Assembly: GCF_963921235.1 (NCBI RefSeq)
Contig: NC_086097.1
Location: forward strand, 222,644,001 to 222,708,000
Reading direction: 5' to 3'
Origin: Mobula hypostoma
Taxonomy: Eukaryota
DNA: 64,000 nucleotides
Shown: piece by piece, positions 51,306-62,628 of the stretch
Numbering within the stretch: position 1 is the first letter of the stretch
How the letters are laid out: each line of letters begins with the position of its first letter
Notes under the pieces: model-generated
The model's database searches: none
What the model was told of the DNA's origin: nothing
The model's input: the letters and a program-made list of their open reading frames with translations, nothing else
Position numbers and translations under genes: made by a program

Positions 51306-52597
51306 AGAACACACACAAACACACACAACCTCTGGACTCTCTAACACCTTTCCCATCAACTCCCATTCTTAGACATCAAGCAGGGGTCAATCCTTGAATG
51401 GAACAAATACAAAAAGGTAACTCATTAACATTCATCTCCTCGTTTCAAGGTAAGATTACCAGCAACAGAAGAGAAGTCACACCCAGAAATTGTGGAATTA
51501 CCTTGTAATTGATAAGAAAAGAGATCCCCAAGTGCTGGACAAGCCTCTGAGCAGCTCCAAGGTGGAATCCTCTGAGTGCGCTAGCGAATGTTTCTTCGTA
51601 ACGACCATCTCCCCGTAGCTTTACCAATGAGAAGAATCCATCATTACTATCTTCGTTGTTACATCACCATGGAGGTGTTTTGGCTTCAGTTTACAAAGCC
51701 TGTTTTGCCTTTGCAGGGTTTGAGGAGAGGCTGTTTGCTCAGCCCACCATTTGATGCAATAATTCAGAGCAGAAGGAAGCAGGAACACCAGATTTAGAAA
51801 AAGAGGAGGAAACAATCATGATGAACTGCACAGTACCACCTTCGAGACTGCACCACAAGCGGAGAACACGTTAAGTCAGAGGGGTGATTGTCAGCTACGC
51901 ACATCGCTAGTCAGCTAGCTTAGGGAATCTGCAGGTCTGTGCATCTATACCACTCCAGAGAACAGACCATGAATCTATACTGCTCCAGATTGATGCATAT
52001 GGGGAGGATTGAAGACAACCTGTAAATCAAGGGCTGTCATCTGGGTATATTCTCATTCTGAAGACAGAAACAAAGACAATGCAGTTGGTGTTGCAGCAGA
52101 TTGTCTACCCAATCACAGGGAGGTCATCTAATATTAATGATCCCCTTTACAAATCAACTTCAGCCATGGCCTCAATGGACAAATGACCAGCTCATCCCAA
52201 AGCCGCGAATCCCAGAATACACTTCCAATTGGCCTGGTAGCACATCTGGAACATAAACTTCCCATCTATCATTGAGAAGATCTCTGTGGACTCAATGGGA
52301 AACAGAACAGCCTTTCAGTAACTAGACAGTGGGTACCATGGTGTAGTGTTGGGACAGCTAGGATCTTACAAGGCTCTTACATAGGAAAGGTATGACGAAG
52401 TTTTTTTTTGCAATTACATAATGATTTTTTGATTGATTTTCAATGGTAATTAAGTATTCCCATATATTCACATTGTTGAAATGTGCTCTCATTTACAATG
52501 AATGACATGATTAATAGCGCATAGTTAGTTCATACACGTGTGGCAGCTGTTACACCTTGCCATTCCTCATCTTGAAAGGTTGCTACATTGCAATCTA

Positions 52598-53029
52598 TAC
52601 TCAGTAGCCATTTTATTAGGTACACATATACACCTTCTCATTGATGGAAATATCTAATCAGCCAATCAAGTTGCAGCAATTCAATAAATAAAAGCATGCA
52701 GATGTGGTCAAGAGGTTCAGTTGTTGTTCAGAATGGGGAAACAATGTGATCTAAGTGACTTTGAATGTGGAATGATCGTTGGTACCAGATGGGGTGGATT
52801 GAGTATCTCAGAAATTGCTGAACTCCTAGGATTTTCATGCACGCAATCTCTCGAGTTTACAGAGAACAGTGCAAGAAACAAAAAAAAAATTCAGTGAGCG
52901 ACTGTTCTGTGCATGAAAATGTATTGTGAAAAGTCAGAGAATAGGCAGACTGGTTCAACCTGGCAGAAGAGTGGCAGTAACTCAAATAACCATGCATTAG
53001 GAGGTACCTAATAAAATGGCCACTGAGTG
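52598..53029 (+). mobile_element. Tc1/mariner non-autonomous element
   Basis: TIRs tactcagtagccattttattaggtac and gtacctaataaaatggccactgagtg, flanked by TA; a lone TIR copy lies at ~58291-58330. Confidence 0.88.
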
Positions 53030-53467
53030 TATGTGAACGCACTCAAACTAATCCTTGACTATGTCTACACAATGAGAGATGCTTTTCTCATGAAAATCCC
53101 AGCATCCAAAAAGGGGAACAAAAGATGCCAAAACCAATATGGCAGGGGGATGGGAACGAGTATGATCGTGCTGAGGATGAGCCAGCTGGTGTATGAGTAG
53201 ATGATGTAATAAGTAATATGAATATAAGGAAGGACAAGCCAATGATTGGGTACAATTACAGACAGAGCAAAGAGTTCAATTGTACCACAGAGGCAAAATT
53301 CATAAGGGCAAAGAATGCAGGACTGAAGGAGATGTATTTAAATGCATGTAGCATTCGGAATAAGGTGGTTGAACTCGGCGCAATTAGCGATTGCTCAGTA
53401 TGACGTTGTGGACATCACTGAGCCGTGGTTGAAAGAAGGACATAGTTGGGAGCTTAACATCAAAGGA

Positions 53468-53590
53468 CGAAGGGTCTCGGCCTGAAACGTCGACTGCACC
53501 TCTTCCTAGAGATGCTGCCTGGCCTGCTGCATTCACCAGCAACTTTTATGTGTGTTGGTTGAATTTCCAGCATCTGCAGAATTCCTGTTG
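53468..53590 (+). mobile_element. 123-bp PLE-terminus/hammerhead retroposon insertion with 14-bp TSD
   Basis: TSD ttaacatcaaagga (53454-53467 and 53591-53604); the insert starts cga-agggtctcggcct-gaaacgtc-gactg. Confidence 0.9.
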
Positions 53591-53777
53591 TTAACATCAA
53601 AGGATATATTTTGTATCGAATGGACAAGCCGGAAGGCATAGGCAGTGGTGTGGCTGTATTTGTAAGAGATGGAGTTACATCGTTAGAAAGAGGTGACATA
53701 GGGTCAGAAAATGTTGAACTTTTGTGGGTGGAGTTAAGAAATTGCAAGTGTGAGAAAAACATTATTGGAATCATATA

Positions 53778-54147
53778 AGATAAGATTATTAAGGGATTGG
53801 ACACGCTGGAGGCAGGAAGCATGTTCCTGCCGATGGGTGAGTCCAGAACCAGAGGCCACAGTTTAAGAATAAGGGGTAGGCCATTTAGAACGGAGTTGAA
53901 GAAAAACTTTTTCACCCAGAGAGTGGTGGATATGTGGAATGCTCTGCCCCAGAAGGCAGTGAAGGCCAAGTCTCTGGATGCTTTCAAGAAAGAGATTGAT
54001 AGAGCTCTTAAAGATAGCAGAATCAAAGGTTATGGGGATAAGGCAGGAACTGGATACTAATAGTGGATGATCAGCCATGATCACAGTGAATGGCGGTGCT
54101 GGCTCAAAGGGCCGAATGGCCTTCTCCTGCACCTATTGTCTATTGTC
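53778..54147 (+). mobile_element. CR1 3' end nested in CR1
   Basis: TRGHSLRIRGRPF...FFTQRVV; (ctattgt)n tail; TSD catata (53772-53777 and 54148-54153). Confidence 0.88.
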
Positions 54148-54517
54148 CATATATAGGCCTCCAAAAAGTAACCAAGATGTGGGGTTGAGATTGCAAAGGG
54201 AGCTGAAAAAGGCCTGTAATAAGGGTAATGACAGAATTGTAATGAGGGACTTCAATATGTAAGGGGATTGGGAAAATCAGGTTAGTGTCAGATCACAAGA
54301 GAAGGAATTTGTTAAGTGCCTACGAGATGGCTTTTTAGAGCAGCTTATGCTTGAGCCTACTAGGGGAAAGGCTATCTTAGATTGGGAGTTGTGTAATAAC
54401 CCAGATTTTATTAGTCAGTTTAACATAAATAGGAGGCAGTGATCATAATATGATTGAATTCATATTGCAGTTGGAGAGGGAGAAGCATGTCAAATGTAAT
54501 AGTGTCACAATGAAATA

Positions 54518-56065
54518 CAGGTTTCCCCCGCCATCCGAAGGTAGAGTGTTCCTATGAAACGGTTCGTAAGCCAGAATGTCGTAAAGCGAAGAAGTAATTA
54601 CCATTTATTTATATGGGAAAAATTTGTGAACGTTCGCAGACCCAAAAATAACCTACTAAATCATGCTAAATAACACATAAAACCTAAAATAACAGTAACA
54701 TATAGTAAAAGCAGGAATGATATGATAAATACACAGCCTATATAAAGTAGAAATACTTCTCTACAATCATTGCTGCACTGTTCTCCGCAGCGAAAATCTC
54801 ACGCAAGCGCTCTCGGCAGAAACACTCTCTCCAGTAAACTTTAAGGTATGAAGCTGCCAAATCATGCGAAATAAAGTATAAAAATACACAGCCTATATAA
54901 AGTAGAAATAATGTACGTTCAGTGTAGTATCACTTACCGGAATTGGGAAGACAGCGCAGAGCACACTGATGATGGTGTGTTAGGCTGAGTCGTCGGAGGT
55001 TGGGGTGGTGCAGTGGCCCTCACCCTCCAGGCCGCCAACTGATACCGATCCGCAGAGAATGCAGCGGTAGCCAGGACGCACCCAGCACATCTTTAAGAAA
55101 AAAGCCGAAATAAACAAGCTAATTAATTAGGTGCCGCCCGGCACATAATTGTTGGCCCAGATCAGAGGCGATTGCCTCTTTTTTCTTAAAGATGTGCTGG
55201 GTGCGTCCTGGCTACCGCTGCATTCTCCACGGCAATGTATCGGTCCGCAGCCCGGAGGATGGGGTGGTGGGACACTGGGGTGTTATCTCATCGTCGTCAG
55301 TTTCCATCAGGGCAGGCAGGTCATCTTCTTCTATGTCTGCCTGCCTCGATGTCGAAGGTCCAGGTTCGTCATCTGCTGTGGCTGATGTGGAAGGCTTGAA
55401 AAACGACAGTATGCTTGACTGCTTAGCCTCAGGCATTTTTGTAAGCACTCAAACCATCCTGCAAATATGCCCTAAACCCTCGTACCCTTTCAAAATTAAG
55501 GTCGTACTTTTCTGTAATCATTGTTGTCAATTGTAGCAAAAATCTCACGCAGTTGCCTCACGTTCAGTTCCTGGACTACTTCACTTTCAGTCCGTTTGCT
55601 ACTGCATTTGGTTTCAATTGTTATCCTTTCCTCTTCCAATTTTTATCAGTTCTTCATCTATCAGTTCTTGGTCATGGGATGCCAAAACCTCTTCAACATC
55701 ATCTTCGTCAACTTCAACAAGCCAAACTCACTTTGTCCTTACTTCGTTCACCACAATCGAAATGCTTAATTATGTCTAGTTTTACACTAAGTGTAACACC
55801 CCTACAAGCTCTTTTAGGCTTTTCCAATACCTTAGAACTCAGCTTGCTAACGGCTGCTCACAGGGACGTGTTTAAACAATGCCGGCGAGAATGCAGTTCC
55901 AGGAAAGGAGCTTGGCTGCTCAGGGCATGCGCTGCCTTTTATCACGCGTTGCTTTTTTTTGTAACAGTGAAAACACCTTCTGTTAGCAAAAACAGGTAAC
56001 TAATGTAAGTCTTTCGTAACAGTGAGGTTTCATAAAGCAAACGTTCAAAAAACAGGGGACACCTG
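54518..56065 (-). mobile_element. Tigger/pogo DNA transposon, internally deleted
   Basis: TIRs caggtttcccccg and caggggacacctg with TA TSD. The minus strand joins an N-terminal psq-like VTLSVKLDIIKHFDCGE to a C-terminal EDDVEEVLASHDQELIDEEL...KQSSILSFFK. Confidence 0.88.
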
Positions 56066-58344
56066 TAAAGGGAACTACAACGCATGAGAGAGGAGCTTGC
56101 CCAGGTGGATTGGAGAGGAATACTGGTAGGGATGATGGAGAATAGAGGTGGCTGAAGTTTCTGGGAATAGTTCACAAGGAACAGTATAGATATGTCCCAC
56201 AGACGAAGAAGTTCTCAAATGGCAGGGCTAGGCAACCGTGGCTGATGAGGGAAGTTAAGGACTGCATAAAAGCCAAGGAAAGGGCATATAAGGTAGCACA
56301 AGTGAGCCGAAAGTTGGATAATTAGGAAGTTTTTAAAATTCAACAAAAAGCAACTAAAAAAGATATAAGAAGGGAAAAGATTAAATATGAAGGCAAACTA
56401 ACTGATAAATGTAAAGCAGGATACCAAAAGATTTTTCAGTTATATAATGAGTAAAAAGGAGGCGAGAGTTGATATTGCACCACTGGAAAATTATGCTGGT
56501 GAGGTAGTAACAGGGGACAAAGAAATAGCAGATGCACTTAATGAGTACTTTGCTTCAGTCTTTACTGCAGAAGACACTAGCTGTATGCCAGAGGTCCGTG
56601 AGTGTCAGGGAGCAGGAGTGAGTGCCATTGCTATTATAAAGGTAAACGTGCTAGGCAGACTGAAAAGTCTTAAGGTGGATAAGTCACCTGGACCAGATGG
56701 ACTACATCCCAGAGTTCAGAGAGAGGTTGCTGAAGAGATAACAGATTCATTGATCATGATCTTTCAAGAATCATTTGATTCTGGCATGATCCTGGAGGAA
56801 TGGAAAATTGCAAATATCACCCCACTCTTTAAGAAGGGAGGAAGAAAAAAAGAGAAGAAATTATAGGCCAGTTAACTAACAAGCAGAGTGGACAAAAGGA
56901 CAGCCATGGATGTCACTTACATAGATTTTCAGAAGGCATTTGGTAAAGTGCCTCACATGAGGTTGCTTAACAAGATAAAATCCTATGATGTTACAGGAAA
57001 TATACTAGCATGGAAAAAGGAATGGATGACAGGCAGGAGGCAGTGAGTGGGTATAAACAGGGTCTTTTCTGTTTGGCTGCCAGTGACTAGTGGTTTTCCT
57101 CAGGGGTCAGTATTGGGACCACTACTTTTCTCATTGTTTGTCAATGATTTAGATAGTGGAATCGATGGCTTTGTGGCAAAGTTTGCAGATGATACGAAAA
57201 TAGTAGGTAGTGCTGAGGAAGCAATGAAATTGCAACAGGACTTCAAATTGGAAGAATGGGCAAAAAAGTGCCAGATGGAATATAGTGTTGGGAAATGTAT
57301 GCTAATGCATTTCGGTGAAAGGGACAATAGTGCAGACTATTATCTAAATGGGGAGAAAATTCAGACATCAGAAGTGCAGAGGGACTGGGAGTCCTTGTGC
57401 AAGACTCCCAGAAGGTTAATTCAACAGGTTGAGTCTGTGGTAAAGAAGGCAAGTGCAATGTTGGCATTTTCTTCAAGGGGAATAGAATATAAAAACAAGG
57501 AGATACAAGAAGATAATGCTGAGTCTTTATGAAACACCAGTCAGGCTGCAGTTGGAGTAATATCAACAGTTTTGGGACTCGTATCTTGGAAACGATGTGT
57601 TGTCACTGGAGATAGTCCAGAGGTAGTTCACGAGGATGATTCTGGGAAAGAAGGGGTTAACATATGAGGAGCATTTGTCAGCTTTGGGCCACTCACTGGA
57701 ATTTAGAAAAATGTGCGGGGATCTCATTGAAACTTATCGAATGTTGAAAGGACTAGATAAGGTGGATGTGGAGAGGATGTTTCCTGTGGTCGGGGTATCC
57801 AGAACTCAAGGGCACAGCCTCAAAATTGAGGGACGACCGCTTAGAACAGAGGTAAGGAGGAATTTTTTTAGACAAAGAGTGGTGAGTCTATGGAATGCTC
57901 TGCCACAGACTGCATTGGAGGCCAAGTCTGTGGGTATATTTAAAGCAGAAATTGATAGATTCCTGATTGGTCAGGGCATCAAAGGATTTGGTGAGAAGGC
58001 AGGTGTATGGGGTTGAATGAGATCCGGAATCAGCCATGATGAAATGGCAAAGCAGACTCGATAGCCGAAGAGCCTAATTCTGCTTCTTTGTCTTATAGTC
58101 TTATGTTGACATATGTAAACTTAGTGCAACTCTCATATTGTTTAGATAGTGTCTGGATATGGTACCTGTTATGGACAACATTATATACTGATACAACATC
58201 TACTCCTCATTGCTGAATATTTAGAATATATCATGATGTAGGGAGCTAAAGGGGCCATGATTATTTGAGAGATCATTCATAACAAATGCATTCAATGGCC
58301 ATTTTATTAGGTACACCTGTATACCTCCTTGTCAATATTTCTTC

Positions 58345-60793
58345 TCCTCTGTGTTCTTGACCGCAGTTTACACACCATCATCAGCCAACCGTAATCAGGC
58401 ACTTGAGATACTGCATGCTGCCATCTCCTAACAAGAAACCATCCACTCCAATGCATATTATATCATAGTTGATGAATTCAATCAGGTTTGTCTGAAGAAA
58501 TCTCTGCCTAATTACTATCAGCATATAACCTGTAGCACCAGAGGTCCTGGCACACTAGACCACTGCTATACTACAAGAAGGAATGCCTACTGTTCCACGC
58601 TAAGACTATATTTTGGGAAATCTGGTCACTTGGCTGCCCTTCTCCTACCTGCATATAGGCAAGGCTCCAGAGATTAGAACAACAAAGAGGTGGTCATATG
58701 AGGCTGACTGCGCCGTGTTCAAGGATTCATCAGAGGGTCTGAACAAACACACCATGATTGTTATGAACTTGTTAAAAACAGTCGTAGTCAAGTGTATCCC
58801 CACAAATTCATTCAGATTCTTCCCTAACCAGCGGCCCTGGATAAACTATGAGAACCACCGTCTTCTGAGTGCTAGATCACAGGCATTCAGGTCTGATGAC
58901 CAAGTAAGATACAATACGCCCAGTTGCAATCTCCGGATAGACATCTCACGGGTGAAGTGGCAACTCCAGACCGAGTTTGAATCAATGAAGGATGCTCAAC
59001 AGCTGTGACAGGACTTGAAAGCTATTACCCCTTACAAAGTAAAACCAAGTGACATCGGTGACAACAGGGCTTTGCTTCCAGATAAACAATGCCTTCTATT
59101 CTCACTTTGACTGTCAAAACATGGAGGAAACTTCACGAACTCCCACAGCCCCTGATGATCCTGTGATTTCAGTCTCTGAGGCCAATATGAGAGCATCCTA
59201 CAGGAGGGTGAACACATGGAAAGCATCCGGCCCATATGAGGTACCCGGCCAGTGCTGATCGACTGGCTGGAGTGTTTACCAATATCATTAACTTCTCATT
59301 TCAGCAGTCTGAGGTACCCAAATGCTTCAAGCAGGCTTCAATTATACCAGTGCCCAAGAAGAATATGGTAGCCTGCATCAATAACTATTCTCCAGTAGTA
59401 CTTACATCCACAGTGAAGTGTTTTGAGAGGTTGGTGATGAAACACATCAACTCCTGCCTGAGCAGCGACTTGGATCCGGTCCAATTTGCCGACCGGCACA
59501 ACAGGTCCATAGCAGATGGCATCTCATTGGCTCTTGACTCAACCCTGGAACATCTGGACAGTAAAGATGCATAAATCAAGAAGTTCGTTATCAACTACAG
59601 CTCAGCATTCAATACCATCATTCCCTCAAACTAATCCGTAAGTTCCTAGACCTTGGCCTCAATATATTGTTGTGCAATTGGAATCCACTCAGTTTAGATT
59701 GGCAACAACATCTGCTCCATCAGCACAGGTGCACCACAAGGCTCTGTGCTTGGCCCCCCGCTCTACTCGCTTTACACTTACGACTGTGTGGCTAAGCACA
59801 GCTCCAATGCCATCTGCAAGTTTGCTGATGACACCACTATTGTAGGTTGAATCAAAGGTAGTGACAAATCAGCATACAGGGGGGAAATTGAAAATCTGCC
59901 TGAGTGGTGACACAACCTCTTACTCAATGTCAGCAAGACCAAGGAGCTGATTATTCACTACAGGAGAAGGAAACTAAAGGTCCATGAGCCAGTCCTCATC
60001 AGAAGTGGTAAGGGTCAGCAGCTTTAAACTGCTCAGTGTTGTTTTCTCAGAGGACCTGTCCTTGGCCCAGCACTTAAGTGCAATTACAAAAGAAGCACGG
60101 CAGCACCTCTACTTCCTTAGGCATTTGTGAGGTTCCAGCATGGCACCTACAACTCTGACAAACTTTTATATAGATTTGTGTGAAGAGTATAGTGACTAGC
60201 TGCATCACAACCTGGTATGGAAACACCAATGCCTTCGAATGGAAAATCCTACAAAAAAAAAGTGGATACAGCCCAGTCCATTATGAGTAAAGCCTCCCCA
60301 CCATTGAGCACATCTACACAAAGTGCTATTGCAGGAAAGCAACATCCATCATCAGGGACTCTCAGCACCCAGGTCATGCTGCTTCCATCAGGAAGAAGGT
60401 ACAGGAGCCTCAGGACTCAGACTACCAGGTTCAGGAACAGGTACTACCCCTCAACCATCAGGCTCCTGAAACAAAAGGGAGAACTTTACTCAACTTCACT
60501 TGCCCCATCATTGAATGTTATCACAACCTATGAACTCACTTTCAAAGATTGTTCATCTCATGGTCTCTATATTTATTGCTTATTTATTTCTTATTTCTTA
60601 TTTTTATATTTGCACAGTTTGTTGTCTTTTGCACACTAGTTGAATGCCCAAGTTGATGCAGTTTTATTGTTTGTGTTATGGTTATTATTCTATGGATTTA
60701 TTGAGTATGCCTACAAGAAAATGAATTGCAGTGTTGTATATGGTAACTTTTATGTACTGGATAATAAATTTACTTTGAGCTTTGAACTTTGAA
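58345..60793 (+). mobile_element. Rex1/Babar LINE, degenerate endonuclease, RT and 3' UTR
   Basis: TLDHCY, FPNQRPWI, LDPVQFA, KFADD, TTRFRNRYYP; tail tttgagctttgaactttgaa. Confidence 0.9.
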
Positions 60794-60859
60794 GCTGAAA
60801 TGGACTCTCCTTCCTTTTGATTCAGTTTATGAAACCTAAAGTTACTGTTCTGAATGTTT

Positions 60860-61506
60860 TCTGCATTACATTCCCAATATCGGCTGGTTAGGTTGTAGCA
60901 GTTAAACTTCTAAACAAACTGTATGCTTTTCCACCCATTGCACTCAGCAACACCAGCACTCATTTTTCATCGGCTCTTTTATTTTCTTCAAAATACTGCT
61001 CAATTTGTTTGCTATACATCAACCAGTTATCTGTGGTGCAATCAAATGCGTCTATCTTTCTGATGTGGCCAGCTATTTCTGCTTTCTTTATTATTTATTA
61101 TTATTATTATCACCCAATCTTTATGAACCCATCACTGAACACATTGCTTGTTGATTTTATTTGTTTTCTGCCTTTTATTTCTACTCAAACATCTCTCTCC
61201 CCCTCCAAAGAAAATTGTGTTGTGCTTCAGCGAGGAGGTAGTTGTTTTGGGTTTATTTTAAAACTTCCGCATCACGAGTGTTATATTTTGTGATTGAAAG
61301 AAAAACAAAAGAGCTGGGAACTTCTCTTCTTACTTTTCTTCTTTTAGTGAGGCACTTAAACATGATGTGGTAGCATAATGACATATGCCATTCATGTATT
61401 TCTTACATATAACCCTTAGCAAATTATGTAAACAAACAAAGAATGCTTAATCAAAAGTGCATTTACACTCTAACTCAAATATTACTGAAATATTAAATAC
61501 ACTACT
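60860..61506 (-). mobile_element. Gypsy LTR retrotransposon 5' remnant: LTR (~61279-61506) plus decayed gag start (~60860-61077)
   Basis: The minus-strand LTR ends ...atataaCA followed by a PBS-like ctcgtgatg. Gag-like AGHIRKIDAFDCTTDNWLMYSKQIEQYFEEN...VLLSAMGGKAYSLFRSL follows. Confidence 0.72.
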
Positions 61507-62261
61507 GTTTCCAAAATGGCAGACTGGAAGATGGAAGGATGCAGGAACTTCAGCTGGCCACGATGAAAAACCTGTAATACCTCACCACTGGCCATGGCAA
61601 GCTGATCCAGCAACCTTCAGGGAACTGTGTGCTATTGACTAGATGAGGATACTACATGTGCCTCTTCTGTGAACTGAAGGCAACTCTCCTAGGGTTCAAT
61701 ATTGTGCACCCTTGGTCAAGGAAAGACTCAGAACTGATACTTTGGAAACGCTTGTCATCTGTATCCAAGGCAGCTGTGACGTCTATCACGGTGATGGGCA
61801 CACTGGCTTTGAGCAAAAGCTTAACCCAAGCTGAGCAAGGACTCCTTCGTTCTGTAAAATATTGCAGACTATCTCCCTGCCCAGAGCACGGGCCATCTCC
61901 AGGCATCTGTCCAACTATGGGTTAGAGTGACACTGCTTATAAGACTTACTTCTGTATTGGCAGAAATTTACTCCCATCTTCAGCATTGACTGTGTTTAGA
62001 GTAATAAGAGAGTAAGGGTAGAAATGAGAATAAACACAATAAAGAATGCAGTAAGGAATGGTTCACACAGATTGCATTGGATTTAGCAGCGGAAGCTTAC
62101 AAGGAAAAGGTGTTCGAAAGAGACTGAGTTTCTTCAGTGTGCATCTTAACCATTCCTAACTGAATTTCCTGACCAGAAAGGTGTTTCTAAATTGATAGGA
62201 TCTTGAGAAAGGCCTGAACATTTCCTAATGATCAGTGTTGACTGGAGTCCACATCTAGAAG

Positions 62262-62628
62262 AAGTCAAAGTCAAGTTTATTGCTGAGTTATTTGTCATAT
62301 GCACAACTACATGTATGCACAGGTGCAACGAAAGGTGTACCTGCAGGCACATAGCATTATATAAACATTCTTCACAAGAAAAACATAAGTTAAACATAAA
62401 TTATACATGATTTTTACAAGAAATGACAAAACTAGATTTTAAAAAGTGCATTTTAGTACAAACAATGCAGTCTTGTGCAGCATCATTAAAGTCAAGTTTA
62501 CTGTCAGAGCCACAAGTACACGTATGCACAGCTGCAAAGAAAAATTTTATTGCAATAGCATCCCAGGCACATAGCATTATGTAAGCAGCATTCACAAGAA
62601 AAAAAAGCATAGCTTAAGCATAAATTAG
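62262..62628 (-). repeat. Two tandem retroposon 3'-tail fragments
   Basis: aaagtcaagtttat...gtatgcacag...ggcacatagcattat...ttcacaagaaaa is repeated at ~62262 and ~62487. Confidence 0.6.

Larger units (their letters stand above)
53136..58105 (+). mobile_element. CR1 LINE ORF2 (same subfamily as 34795-37787), hosting three insertions
   Basis: YLNACSIRNK, DKSPGPDGLHPRV, GFPQGSVLGP, KFADDTK; collinear with the minus-strand copy once the insertions are removed. Confidence 0.93.
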
